DNA of 64,000 bases from Dysgonomonas sp. (GCA_032477155.1 JAWDXK010000021.1:272-64271), one strand, 5' to 3'; positions 46,986 to 57,662 are shown, counted from the first letter of the stretch. A program made the numbers and translations. Notes: generated by a model from the letters alone, not told the origin.

Positions 46986-47846
46986 ATGCAAAAGAAAACA
47001 ATTACTAAAGAAGAATATGCTAAGCGCATAAATACTGTAATAGAATTTATTGCTAACAATCTTGACAGGGAAATCGAGTTGAACGAACTGGCCGAAATGT
47101 CCAACTTTTCACCATTTCATTTCCATCGTATTTTCAAAGGGATTGTACATGAATCTATCGGAGCCTTCATTGTAAGAATGCGTATCGAGACTGCAGCTCG
47201 CTTACTCAGATTTACATCACTCCCTATTCAGGATATAGCATATAGCATAGGCTACAATAGCCCCTCTTCTTTAACAAAGGTTTTCAGGCAGTACTATAAT
47301 ATTTCGCCAACAGATTATCGTAACAATAAAACTTATACAATTATGAAACCTTTACAATTAAATCCCGATCTAAAAATAAAAGCACCCAAAGTTGTTGAAC
47401 TAGAAGCAAAAAAAGCTATATACATCCGCCTCAATGGCGATTATTCAAGTCTGGGATACGGTGATGCATGGACTCAACTATGGCAATATGTAAAAGAGAA
47501 CAAACTTTACTCTGCCGGAATAGAACACATTGCCATTTACCACAACGACCCCAAAATAACAGAAGCAGAAAAGCTTCGTACTGATATCTGCCTGACAATA
47601 CATAAACCTGTAGAAGCAAAAGGAGACATAGGAATAAAAGAAATAAATGGCGGTAAATATGCAGTCTTTCTATATACAGGCAGCTATGACAAATTAGGAA
47701 TGGTATATGATACTATATACGGTATCTGGCTTCCCGAAAGCGGCTATCAGGTAAGGATGGAACCTGGTTTTGAAAAGTATGTCAATAACCCTGAAAATAC
47801 AGATCCGGAGAAACTAAAGACAGAAATTTATGTTCCTATCGAATAA
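46986..47846 (+). CDS. AraC-family regulator with GyrI-like effector domain
   Basis: FSPFHFHRIF HTH; C-terminal GGKYAVF, WLPESG, EKYVNNP, TEIYVPI. Confidence 0.92.
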   Translation: MQKKTITKEEYAKRINTVIEFIANNLDREIELNELAEMSNFSPFHFHRIFKGIVHESIGAFIVRMRIETAARLLRFTSLPIQDIAYSIGYNSPSSLTKVFRQYYNISPTDYRNNKTYTIMKPLQLNPDLKIKAPKVVELEAKKAIYIRLNGDYSSLGYGDAWTQLWQYVKENKLYSAGIEHIAIYHNDPKITEAEKLRTDICLTIHKPVEAKGDIGIKEINGGKYAVFLYTGSYDKLGMVYDTIYGIWLPESGYQVRMEPGFEKYVNNPENTDPEKLKTEIYVPIE

Positions 47847-47872
47847 TCCTTATGAGCATATAAGTAAACATA

Positions 47873-47899
47873 GTATAGCCCATAAAAAATGGGCTATAC
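47873..47899. terminator. Terminator between convergent genes
   Basis: gtatagcccat-aaaaa-atgggctatac. Confidence 0.7.
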
Positions 47900-47908
47900 T
47901 ATAAACTA

Positions 47909-48916
47909 TCATTCACTCAATATCTTTTCTATCATTTCCAGCTCCTCATCCGAGAACGAAACATTCTTAGTTGCTCTCAGGTTCTTTGCTAACTGTTCAA
48001 CCGAACTTGAGCCAACAATTACAGAAGTTACCATATCATCTTTAAATAGCCATGCTAAAGCCATTTCTGCTAAAGATTGTCCCCTTTCTGCTGCAATAGA
48101 CGAAAGTTTCTGTATTCTGGAAACAACCTCCGGTGTCAGGTCTTCTCGTTTAAGAGAACCTTCTCGCGACATACGCGATCCCTCTCCTATTACCCCATTT
48201 ACATATTTATCCGTCAACAATCCTTGAGCTAATGGCGAAAAAGCTATAAATCCACAACCATTATCCATTGCATCTTTTAGTATCCCTTCTTCCTCCGGCT
48301 CACGATCAAACATATTGTACTTACCCTGATATAGTAGACATGGAACATCACGCTCACGTAAATACTGGTAAGCAAAACGCGCTGCATCTGCCGGATATTT
48401 AGATATACCTGCATACAAAGCTTTACCCTGACGGACAATATCCACAAGAGTTTGTAGAGTTTCTTCCAAGGGAGTTAACGGATCGAAACGATGTGAATAA
48501 AAAATATCCACATAATCCAGATTCATTCGTTTCAGACTCTGATCGAGGCTATTCATCAGATATTTTCGCGATCCCCATTCACCGTAAGGACCCGGCCACA
48601 TATCATGTCCGGCTTTTGTCGATATAAATAGTTCGTGCCTATAAGGCATAAACGACTTCTTCATTATTTGTCCGAATGTTTCCTCTCCCGATCCGTAAGG
48701 AGGACCATAATTGTTAGCCAGATCAAAGTGGGTTATTCCATTATCAAAAGCATAATGTGCCATTTGCTGGCTATTACTAAAAGTATTTACTCCTCCAAAA
48801 TTGTGCCACAGTCCGAGTGAAATCTCGGGTAATAAAATACCACTTTTTCCGCAACGACGAAATTTCATTGTACCGTCGTATCTGTTTTGTGAGGGTTGGT
48901 AAATTGGTTCAATCAT
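47909..48916 (-). CDS. Aldo/keto reductase (YghZ/Gpr-like)
   Basis: SLGLWHNFG, HFDLANNYGPP, STKAG..MWPGPYG, DIFYSHRFDP, FSPLAQGLLT. Confidence 0.93.
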   Translation of the reverse strand: MIEPIYQPSQNRYDGTMKFRRCGKSGILLPEISLGLWHNFGGVNTFSNSQQMAHYAFDNGITHFDLANNYGPPYGSGEETFGQIMKKSFMPYRHELFISTKAGHDMWPGPYGEWGSRKYLMNSLDQSLKRMNLDYVDIFYSHRFDPLTPLEETLQTLVDIVRQGKALYAGISKYPADAARFAYQYLRERDVPCLLYQGKYNMFDREPEEEGILKDAMDNGCGFIAFSPLAQGLLTDKYVNGVIGEGSRMSREGSLKREDLTPEVVSRIQKLSSIAAERGQSLAEMALAWLFKDDMVTSVIVGSSSVEQLAKNLRATKNVSFSDEELEMIEKILSE

Positions 48917-49060
48917 CGTAATCAAGTTTTAGAGTTTATTAGAAAATGACACAAACGACACACTTTTTCGTCCAGTTTTCATTTTTTATTTTTGTGTCCT
49001 TTTGTTTTCTTTACTATATAGATAAATATATTTACTCAATTTCAAGAAAATATACTATCC

Positions 49061-49582
49061 TCAAAGCTCAATTGCTTTGTGAGATAATATTATATCTGCA
49101 ATTTCTTCAGATGTATATTCAATATATTCGCCATCCACTAATTGCCTGTCAAATAAATCAGATGGCTCCGGATGGGAAAAATTCCTTTCCAACAGAGGGA
49201 AATAATAAGCATAAGCTAAAGCATCACTAACAGGAACATCTAGCTCTGATAATACTTTAGAAACACCAAAATCATCAAAAGATTGTATCCTTTTTATAAT
49301 TTCTAAAAGTTCGCCTCTGGATATACCATCTACTCTTTTCGCCTCCGGCAATGCTATTTTAAAAGCAAGCTCCTCTTGACTTTCGCCTTCCCAATATTCA
49401 AACAAATTATCTATTTTTAAATCTTTATTTGTCAACCGATTCATCTGATCAACAGCAGACTGCATCCTTTCATTATCACTATCATCATAACCTTCATCAT
49501 ATAGAGAAATCAATTCCATAATTTGAGAAAACAGTTTTTCTGCAATTTCTATTTTAGGTTCTAATTCTGGTCTAAGTTTCAT
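49061..49582 (-). CDS. Acidic hypothetical protein with colicin/pyocin-immunity-like C-terminal domain
   Basis: SRGELLEIIKRI..LLERNFSHPEPSDLF..TSEEIADII resembles the HPxxSDL motif of nuclease-colicin immunity proteins. Confidence 0.55.
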   Translation of the reverse strand: MKLRPELEPKIEIAEKLFSQIMELISLYDEGYDDSDNERMQSAVDQMNRLTNKDLKIDNLFEYWEGESQEELAFKIALPEAKRVDGISRGELLEIIKRIQSFDDFGVSKVLSELDVPVSDALAYAYYFPLLERNFSHPEPSDLFDRQLVDGEYIEYTSEEIADIILSHKAIEL

Positions 49583-49770
49583 AAATAAGTTTTTATTCTT
49601 ATACTATAAGGTTCCATTTATCATTCAAACAACAATATAATAATACTATTCATTTCGCCGAAATTATTTGCAATCACATTTATATCTAACCCTGCATTTC
49701 TTACATTCTGAGATACATCTACATCAAAAGTTAAGAGGTTAAATCTGAATTATAACACAAATTACGTATT

Positions 49771-50005
49771 TAGCTCTCCTTTGTCAAGGTCCTTTAGTAT
49801 AACAGGCCATCCTGTGCATTAAGCATATCTACCACCCCATTTGTAATAGGCTGACTACTATAACATTACTGTTGATATCTGTCTTTTCATTCATATTCCA
49901 TACAATTCAGCCTACAAATGCGCGGAGGAAATTTCCTTCTCCAAATTGGATAATACGCTCGGGACGTAATTGGTTGGGGGCTGTTTTTCTATTTAATTCC
50001 TGCAT
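49771..50005 (-). pseudogene. uxaB: Tagaturonate reductase (altronate oxidoreductase) 5' fragment
   Basis: [42 protein letters not shown], frameshift, QPITNGVVDMLNAQDGL, frameshift, LDKGE, then lost. Confidence 0.88.
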
Positions 50006-50064
50006 ATTTTTTTTAGTTACAAGTTAATCTTGAAATTGTGAGATTTTGAAATCTTGAAATACGA

Positions 50065-50874
50065 TTACTTTGGCAAATTGAAAGCATCTCTCAGTGCTTC
50101 CATATCTTTCATAGAAGTTCCTTCGGGTTCGAAGCCCATCGATTTTGCTGTGAGATAAATCTGTGCCGACTTAGATAAAGTATCCACCATATCGAAAGCT
50201 TCCATAATATTTTCACTCACCGAGCATACTCCATGCTTTTCCCACATCACCACATCATATTCCTTTAGCATCTCTACAGTTGCATCAGCCAACTCCATCG
50301 AACTAGGCATCTTATAAGGAATAATACCTAAACCTTTCGGGCAGAATGCTCTGGTTTCGGGTATCATACTCCAAAGCAGGTATGTAAGTTTATCCTTCTC
50401 AAGGAAAGCAGGATTATGAGTCATAGCTATCAGATCGATAGGATGTGTATGCAACGCAGCTTTATATCCCGAACCTATTTCTATCTGATAATTATGCATC
50501 GACAGGTGTGAAGGAAGCTCCGATGTAGGTTTTACGGGATTATCGGCAATGATTACATAACTTGCACAATCATCCAGAATCCGGATTACCGAACCATTAT
50601 CCATTGGCCAGCGTGCCAGATCACGCATGCGTCTGTTTGTTCCTTTACAGAAAAAGTAACAACCCTTTAGATGAGGCAGAGGTTTCCCTATCTGAAATAC
50701 TTCACTTATAGGCTTCATTACCTTTATTTCATCATCTATTACATCTGTAATATTGATAGTGATATTACCTCCATTACGTTCGGCCCATCCTTTTTGCCAC
50801 AGATATCCGGCTACTTCCGCTACCTCATTGATGCGTCTTGTCAACTCCAGGCGATTATCTAATATTGATTTCAT
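50065..50874 (-). CDS. rhaD: Rhamnulose-1-phosphate aldolase
   Basis: GWAERNGGNI, PTSELPSH, HTHP, LWSMIPE, WEKHG. Start is MKSIL at 50874. Confidence 0.95.
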   Translation of the reverse strand: MKSILDNRLELTRRINEVAEVAGYLWQKGWAERNGGNITINITDVIDDEIKVMKPISEVFQIGKPLPHLKGCYFFCKGTNRRMRDLARWPMDNGSVIRILDDCASYVIIADNPVKPTSELPSHLSMHNYQIEIGSGYKAALHTHPIDLIAMTHNPAFLEKDKLTYLLWSMIPETRAFCPKGLGIIPYKMPSSMELADATVEMLKEYDVVMWEKHGVCSVSENIMEAFDMVDTLSKSAQIYLTAKSMGFEPEGTSMKDMEALRDAFNLPK

Positions 50875-51034
50875 TTTCAGTTTGTTATATTGTGGTTTAA
50901 TTTGTTGATTTCGAAAAAGTAACAAAAGTAACAGGTTTTTACCATTATTTACTCTTGTTACCCTTTTGTATCATTTATCTCTATATAGATAAACTTATTT
51001 AGTATTAATTCCCCCTCTGGGGGCTAGGGGCTTC

Positions 51035-52069
51035 TTATCTCATTACCTGAGGAAATATTATTGATACAATCAAGACTGCTAATCCAATAACAAGCACTGT
51101 TATTGTTTTCTGCCCCGATCCTTTCCATTCCTTCAATATTATGCCCCACAAGTTACTGAATAATACATTCAAAGACATCAGGATGCTCCACGAAAAAGCC
51201 ATCATTACACCATCCGGATCAAAAAAGCTTTGTCCTATCCCCAGTCCAAAAAACTGAGAGTACCATAATAATCCTGCCAATGCGCAGAATAAGAGGTTAT
51301 TCACCCAGTTAGAAGCAGAGATAGATGTATAATCTTTAAATGATTTGTTCTTGTAGTTCTGAAACAGGCAATAACAGGCATTAGTAAAAAATCCTCCCAA
51401 TGTTACTAAAACAATCACCGGATTCAGAGCTAATAAATTACTGGCACCCATCTCAAGAAGACGGGCTTTGATAGGCGCTCCGGCTTCAAGTCCGAGATTA
51501 AAGCATGCACTCATTACCCCTGCCAGAAGAGCAATAAGGATACCTTTTTTCAAAGCAAAATCTTTTACAGCTTTCTTCTTTTCTTCTTCCGACATATTTT
51601 GCGATTTCAACGCACCTGCATAACCGATAATGGCTATACCTGCTATTGCAATCGATACACCAATAAGCAATATAAGCCCTTTGCCTGTAAAGAGGTCTGT
51701 TCCCTTTAGTATTGCAGGTATAAGGGTTCCGAAAGCCGAACATGTTCCCAGTGCCAAAGATTGCCCTAAAGCTACTCCCAGATAACGCATGCTTAGCCCG
51801 AAGGTTAAGCCTCCAATACCCCAGAGTACTCCAAAGCCCATAGCTTTCCATACACCATCTCCTGCGGATGACCATACATCAAGTAGGGAAACGCCCGAAG
51901 GCAAAGCTATCAGCGCCCCTATAAGTGGAAATAGCAACCAGGCAAATATACCTTGCATAAGCCAGAAACATTCCCACGACCAATTCTTTACTTTATTGAT
52001 TGGTACATAGGAACTCGATTGCCCAAGACTACCTATGGCTATAATAATTAATCCTATAATTGTATTCAT
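51035..52069 (-). CDS. rhaT: L-rhamnose/proton symporter
   Basis: WSWECFW, LWGIGGLTFGLSMRYLG, LKEWKG; ~10 TM helices. Confidence 0.95.
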   Translation of the reverse strand: MNTIIGLIIIAIGSLGQSSSYVPINKVKNWSWECFWLMQGIFAWLLFPLIGALIALPSGVSLLDVWSSAGDGVWKAMGFGVLWGIGGLTFGLSMRYLGVALGQSLALGTCSAFGTLIPAILKGTDLFTGKGLILLIGVSIAIAGIAIIGYAGALKSQNMSEEEKKKAVKDFALKKGILIALLAGVMSACFNLGLEAGAPIKARLLEMGASNLLALNPVIVLVTLGGFFTNACYCLFQNYKNKSFKDYTSISASNWVNNLLFCALAGLLWYSQFFGLGIGQSFFDPDGVMMAFSWSILMSLNVLFSNLWGIILKEWKGSGQKTITVLVIGLAVLIVSIIFPQVMR

Positions 52070-52131
52070 GTTATTTAATTATAGATTATAAATTATGAGT
52101 TATAAGTGAATGACATTCATAATTAAATTTA

Positions 52132-53388
52132 TTATCGTTTAGATGTTACATCTTTTTCGTACTGTTGTATTTCACCGATATAGTCTTCCCCCACAGCAAT
52201 GTTATTCTTCAGGCAGAAATAATCCCATACTGCATTCCAAGGCAATCCTTTGGCTTCTTCAAGCAATGCAAGACGTTCGAAGTATTGCCCATTAGACTCA
52301 TACTCACGAAGTTTACTAATCGGTTCAAGCAATCCTTGCAAGAATGCTTTCTGAGTAGAACGGATACCGATAACATACGCACCAATACGGTTGATAGAAG
52401 CATCGAAGAAGTCAAGACCGATATGTACTTTACCCAATGCATCAGCACGAACAATTTCCTTTGCCAGATCAGTAGTTTCGTCATTCAACAGAACCACATG
52501 GTCAGAATCCCAACGTACAGGACGGCTCACATGAAGCATGATTTCAGGAGTGAACAGTAATAATGAAGAAATCTTATCGGCAACACTTTCTGTCAAATGG
52601 AAGTGTCCCATATCCAGAGTAACCATCTTTTGTTTCTTAGCACCATATCCCAGATAGAAATCGTGCGAACCTACCGTATAGCTTTCAAGAGCAATACCGA
52701 ATAGTTTAGATTCGATACAGTCTTTCATATTCTTATATTCCTGTGCAAAGATTTGATCTAAAGAGTTTTCCAATAATGAACGGTATAAGTAACGGTTTAC
52801 AGTCAGATCTTTAGAACCATCGTGTACCCATATGTTCATAATACACGGATCGTCTTGGAATTTACCCATTTCTTCCGAGATAGCGCGGCAACGTTTTGTG
52901 TGTTCGATCCAAAAGTCACGGATAGATTTGTCTGGGTTAGCCAAAGTAAGATCACCGCTTTTCGGGTGTCCGAAGGATGTTGAATTGAAGTCCAGTTTCA
53001 GGTTTCTCTCTTTTGCCCATTGCATCCAGCTTGTAAAATGAGAAGCATCCACCTGGTCACGGTCTACTACTTTACCTTGGAAGTCACCATATATTTCATG
53101 CAGGTTAAGGCGATGATCACCACCAACCAACGTTTGTACTTTTTCAATATCAGCACGAAGTTCATCTATATTTCGGGCTTTTCCCGGATAGTTTCCAGTT
53201 GCCTGAATACCTCCGCCACCAAGGTTACCAAGGTTTTCGAAGCCTGTTACATCATCGGCTTGCCAACAGTGGATAGATACCTGTATCTTTTGTAGTTTTT
53301 CCAGTGTAGCATCTACATCTACACCAATTGCCGCATAACGTTCTTTTGCTATTTCGTACGATTTTTCGACTAGTTGTTTTTTGCTCAT
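52132..53388 (-). CDS. rhaA: L-rhamnose isomerase
   Basis: HCWQADDV.GFE, ATGNYPG, ESKLFG, RWDSDHV, GLDFFDASINR. Confidence 0.97.
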   Translation of the reverse strand: MSKKQLVEKSYEIAKERYAAIGVDVDATLEKLQKIQVSIHCWQADDVTGFENLGNLGGGGIQATGNYPGKARNIDELRADIEKVQTLVGGDHRLNLHEIYGDFQGKVVDRDQVDASHFTSWMQWAKERNLKLDFNSTSFGHPKSGDLTLANPDKSIRDFWIEHTKRCRAISEEMGKFQDDPCIMNIWVHDGSKDLTVNRYLYRSLLENSLDQIFAQEYKNMKDCIESKLFGIALESYTVGSHDFYLGYGAKKQKMVTLDMGHFHLTESVADKISSLLLFTPEIMLHVSRPVRWDSDHVVLLNDETTDLAKEIVRADALGKVHIGLDFFDASINRIGAYVIGIRSTQKAFLQGLLEPISKLREYESNGQYFERLALLEEAKGLPWNAVWDYFCLKNNIAVGEDYIGEIQQYEKDVTSKR

Positions 53389-53501
53389 GGTTTTATATTA
53401 TTTAGAAGGTAATATTTATTGTAAAAGTTTTTTCAGTCTTGCCAAAGGAAGAGGAGGAATACAGACTATGTATTCTATTTGTCGCTTTTGTAAGCCTCCC
53501 T

Positions 53502-54995
53502 TTAGGGGAGGTTGGAGGAGCTTATATATCCTAAGAATTTCTGATAAGCCTTATCCCACAAATCCGTATCTTCCGGCATAAATACTTCCGGTGTAACAGA
53601 ATTTTTAATTACAGCGCGCATTTCATGTAACGAATTGACCAGCCCAACACCTTTAGCCTGCATCATCACATTACCGATTGCAGTAGCCTCCGATGGGCCT
53701 GCTACTACAGGTATACCTGTCGAATTTGCAGTAGCCTGATTTAGTAACCTGTTTTGTGAGCCACCACCTATCACATGAAGCCTCTCTATGCAGAAAGGAG
53801 CCATTTTTTGAAGACACTCCAATACATATCTGTACTTAAGGGCAAGACTATCGAAGATGCAACGTATATATTCGGCATCACTCACAGGTACTTCTTGCTT
53901 TGTTTTCTGGCAATAACAAGCTATCACTGTAGTCATACTTTCAGGATTAGCAAAGCTTGCATCATCCGGATCAATCATAGATTGAAATCCCTCTACCGAG
54001 TTAGACATAGCTACTATTTCAGGATAAGTATAAGTTCTACCTTCAGCCTCCCATTCCTTACGACACTGCTCAAGTAACCACATACCCGTAATATTTTTAA
54101 GGAAACGCGTAGTACCATCCACACCTCCTTCATTCGTAAAGTTCATCTCATACGAATCCACATTGATAATAGGGTTTTTAGCCTCTATTCCCATTAGCGA
54201 CCATGTACCCGAACTCAAATAAGCAAAGTTTTCATTATCGGCAGGTACGGCAGCTACAGCCGAACCAGTATCATGTCCGGCAACAGCAATAACGGGAATT
54301 TTTCCTGTACCGCATTCTTTAGCTACACTGTCAAGTACATAGTCCACCATTTCGCCCGGCATAACCACCGGCTGCATAATAGATGGATCTACACCCATTG
54401 CTTCAAACAGTTTTGCTTCGAAGTTTTTACTTCGTGGATTCAACAATTGAGAAGTAGATGCAATGGTATATTCACATACCTTTTTGCCCGTAAGCATATA
54501 CGACAGGGCATCAGGCATAAAGAGTAAATCTTTTGCTGAATCGAGGGCTGCAAAACCTTCCCTTTTAGCTGCAAAAAGTTGAAATAAGCTATTGAAATTC
54601 ATTATCTGAATACCTGTCAGATCATATACTTCCTTCTTAGATATGATTTTGAAATATTCTTCAGGCATTCCGTTGGTATAGGGGTCGCGGTAAGACCGCG
54701 GCTGGCTAAGCAGTGTCCCATCCTTACCTAAATAAACAAAATCGACGCCCCACGTATCAATGCCAATAGCATCTATCCTTATATTAAGGGCAGCTGCAGC
54801 TTTCAAGCCGTTCTTCAATTCATCAAACAGAGCCAGAATATCCCAGTGATATTTATCATGAACACGAATTATCTTATTCGGGAAACGGGTCAATTCTTTC
54901 AACTCTAATTTATTATCAGATAACGTTGCCAGAATAGAACGCCCGCTTGTTGCGCCAAGGTCGAAGGCGAAAAAGTGATGTGTGTGTGCCGACAT
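53502..54995 (-). CDS. rhaB: Rhamnulokinase
   Basis: DLGATSGR, IDTWGVD, HDTGSAV, SSGTWSLMG, NEGG, GGGSQN, EATAIGN. Confidence 0.95.
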   Translation of the reverse strand: MSAHTHHFFAFDLGATSGRSILATLSDNKLELKELTRFPNKIIRVHDKYHWDILALFDELKNGLKAAAALNIRIDAIGIDTWGVDFVYLGKDGTLLSQPRSYRDPYTNGMPEEYFKIISKKEVYDLTGIQIMNFNSLFQLFAAKREGFAALDSAKDLLFMPDALSYMLTGKKVCEYTIASTSQLLNPRSKNFEAKLFEAMGVDPSIMQPVVMPGEMVDYVLDSVAKECGTGKIPVIAVAGHDTGSAVAAVPADNENFAYLSSGTWSLMGIEAKNPIINVDSYEMNFTNEGGVDGTTRFLKNITGMWLLEQCRKEWEAEGRTYTYPEIVAMSNSVEGFQSMIDPDDASFANPESMTTVIACYCQKTKQEVPVSDAEYIRCIFDSLALKYRYVLECLQKMAPFCIERLHVIGGGSQNRLLNQATANSTGIPVVAGPSEATAIGNVMMQAKGVGLVNSLHEMRAVIKNSVTPEVFMPEDTDLWDKAYQKFLGYISSSNLP

Positions 54996-55171
54996 AGGTA
55001 TATGTAGATTAATTTATAAAACAAAATTAATTGTCATATACCAAAATGTAGTTATGAGTTTGATATAAATACTCTAAAATATGATCTTTATATTTTTAAA
55101 TAAAAATATATTAATATGCTGAATACTAATATTATTTAGAATATTTAATTATACTATATGATATTATTTGT

Positions 55172-56080
55172 TTAATTTTTATTCTCCATATTTTTCCCTT
55201 GTGTAATAGTCCTGTATTGCATAGGCGTTACCTTTACTTTCTTTTTAAATAGGGTACAGAAATAATTGGGATTGTCAAAACTGAGCTTATATGCAATCTC
55301 TGCATTCGATAGGTCAGTATTTGTAAGCAATTCTTTACTCTTTTGAATCTTTAGTTCGTTGATATACTGCATAGGAGAGAAACCAGTATATTGCTTGAAA
55401 AATTTTCTGAACCACGAATAGCTGATATTCAGTTTCGATGCAATATCCTCAGGCGAAATATTTGTATAGATATTCTCTGACACAAACAATTTCGATTTAT
55501 TAATCAGTTTCTCCACTTTTGTCTCTTCAAAGGAAGAAGACTTATCGAAGGAATAAGCATAGCCAAGAAGACACTCTACTATCCCTCCCAATAATTGTTG
55601 AAATCCGGTTTTTTGTTCTTTCGCTATATCTATTGCCTGCAGGTACATATTCACAAGTTCATTTTGCAAGCCTACATTTAGTATTGGCCTCTGTTTTGTA
55701 AAGAAATTAGAATCGACTTTACTCTCCATATTTTTTCCGTTAAAACCAATCCAGTATTCATTCCATCCCGTCAGTTTATCCGGTTTATATGAATGCCACT
55801 CTCCTGGAAATAACAGAAACATATTTCCTTCCTGAACAATATGCTTACTATAATTAGAAGAAGTAAACTCTCCTTTCCCTTGTGTAATATACAATAGCTG
55901 ATATTCATCAAGTATCCGTCCTTTGTGTGTTTCAAAGAGATATCGGGTAGGATGGTTTTGCGGAGGATAAGACTGCTTTGATTCGATATGCTGAAACCCG
56001 ACAGAATTGACTGTTAACCCCCATTCCAGATCCCTGTCATTTGCTATCAAATATTTTATATGTATCGAATTCGTTCCCAT
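55172..56080 (-). CDS. rhaR: AraC-family regulator, probable rhamnose activator RhaR
   Basis: Cupin N-terminus (FPGEWHSY) and AraC HTH (SYSWFRK..FKQYTG.SP); adjacent to rhaB. Confidence 0.75.
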   Translation of the reverse strand: MGTNSIHIKYLIANDRDLEWGLTVNSVGFQHIESKQSYPPQNHPTRYLFETHKGRILDEYQLLYITQGKGEFTSSNYSKHIVQEGNMFLLFPGEWHSYKPDKLTGWNEYWIGFNGKNMESKVDSNFFTKQRPILNVGLQNELVNMYLQAIDIAKEQKTGFQQLLGGIVECLLGYAYSFDKSSSFEETKVEKLINKSKLFVSENIYTNISPEDIASKLNISYSWFRKFFKQYTGFSPMQYINELKIQKSKELLTNTDLSNAEIAYKLSFDNPNYFCTLFKKKVKVTPMQYRTITQGKNMENKN

Positions 56081-56197
56081 AGTGCTATCATATATGTATT
56101 TACAAAAATATCATGTTTTTGTTACTAATTACTTATAATCTGTATTTTTACAATGTTATATTTCAATATCTTTATATCTACTTAAACTCAGATACAG

Positions 56198-56770
56198 ATG
56201 CAATATTCTAAATTATACAATATAATATCAAGCTATATTGACCTCAAACAAGAAGATATAGACTTGATCAAATCCTTTTTTAAATACAAAACGGTTACAA
56301 AAGGAACAACAATAATAGAAACAGGAAAGTCTTCTGATAAAGCTTTCTTCATTATTTCAGGATATCTGAAATATTTCAAAATAGTTGAATCCGGAGAAGA
56401 GTTGATAATCCATCTGTACACCCCCGATAATTTTGCGATTTCTTTAAATAGCTTTTTCTTAGGAACAATAGCAGAAGAAGCTTTACAGGCAATTACCGAT
56501 TGCGAACTTTTATATATTTCCAGAACTGATTTGGAAAAACTGTACTCCACAGGCTATAAGTGGCACAGCTTTGGCAGAAAGTTAATGGAAGGTGCTCTGA
56601 TAGAAAAAGAAGAAAGAATTATTGACCAACTGACTCTGACTGCTCAGGATAAGTATGCAAAACTACTCAAGAATCATCCTGATATAATTCAGAATGTACC
56701 TGTAAAATACATTGCCTCATTCATCGGAATACAACCCGAATCGTTGAGCAGGATTAGAAAGACAAATTAA
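56198..56770 (+). CDS. Crp/Fnr-family cNMP-binding regulator
   Basis: cNMP-binding fold and C-terminal IASFIGIQPESLSRIRK. Confidence 0.9.
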   Translation: MQYSKLYNIISSYIDLKQEDIDLIKSFFKYKTVTKGTTIIETGKSSDKAFFIISGYLKYFKIVESGEELIIHLYTPDNFAISLNSFFLGTIAEEALQAITDCELLYISRTDLEKLYSTGYKWHSFGRKLMEGALIEKEERIIDQLTLTAQDKYAKLLKNHPDIIQNVPVKYIASFIGIQPESLSRIRKTN

Positions 56771-56771
56771 C

Positions 56772-56815
56772 TAACATTTGTTAAGGAGCTGAAATGATGA
56801 GCCAACCTATATTTG
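56772..56815 (+). promoter_or_regulatory. Palindromic operator and -7 promoter of SDR gene
   Basis: TAACA-tt-TGTTA (56772-56783) right after the Crp gene; TATATTTG at 56808-56815. Confidence 0.6.
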
Positions 56816-56828
56816 TCGTAAAAAAAAA

Positions 56829-57650
56829 ATGACAAATATGAAAACAGTATTGATTACAGGAGCATCGAACGGAATAGGTAAAGAAACAGCCATCTTATTT
56901 GCAGAAAAAGGTTGGAAAGTTGCAGCAACAATGAGAAGCAAAGATAACCTATCCATGTTTGCAGAAAATGAGAAAATAAAAACGTATTTATTAGATGTAA
57001 AAGATAAAAATTCGATCAATGAGTGTATCCGGCAAGTGATACAGGATTTTGGTAAAATTGATGTTATTATAAACAATGCGGGGATATATACTATCAATCC
57101 TTTAGAATTAAGTCCGGATGAGACAATTGAAGATGTAATAGAAACAAATATTAAAGGTGTTTTATATACTACCAAAGCAATATTAAAACACTTTAGAGAT
57201 AATCGGTCAGGAACGATAATAAATATATCTTCGATTGCAGGGCGTGCCACATTTCCGTTCCAATCGGTATATCATACTTCCAAATGGGCTATCGAAGGAC
57301 TGAGCGAAAGCCTCTATTATGAATTGGAACCTTTAGGAATACGAGTCAGAGTTATAGAACCGGGTGTGGTTAAAACAAATATATATAAGTCGGTTTCAGT
57401 TTTTCCATTCGCAGAATATCCGAAAGAATATCAAGATAACTTCCGGAAAGGACATAACTCCTTAATGAATAATATTAAAAACGGATATTCTCCAATCTTA
57501 GATGCTAAAACGATATACAAAGCAGCAACGAGCCGGAGCTCTAAATTGAGATATACATCTGACAGTACAACGAAATTAGCATTCTTTCTCCATTGGCTTT
57601 TACCATTATCAGCATTTCGGAGTATTATAAAGAAACAAAGCGGATTATAA
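56829..57650 (+). CDS. Short-chain dehydrogenase/reductase
   Basis: TGASNGIG, NNAG, NISS, YHTSK (YxxxK), IEPG. Confidence 0.95.
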   Translation: MTNMKTVLITGASNGIGKETAILFAEKGWKVAATMRSKDNLSMFAENEKIKTYLLDVKDKNSINECIRQVIQDFGKIDVIINNAGIYTINPLELSPDETIEDVIETNIKGVLYTTKAILKHFRDNRSGTIINISSIAGRATFPFQSVYHTSKWAIEGLSESLYYELEPLGIRVRVIEPGVVKTNIYKSVSVFPFAEYPKEYQDNFRKGHNSLMNNIKNGYSPILDAKTIYKAATSRSSKLRYTSDSTTKLAFFLHWLLPLSAFRSIIKKQSGL

Positions 57651-57662
57651 ATCTTTTGCATA

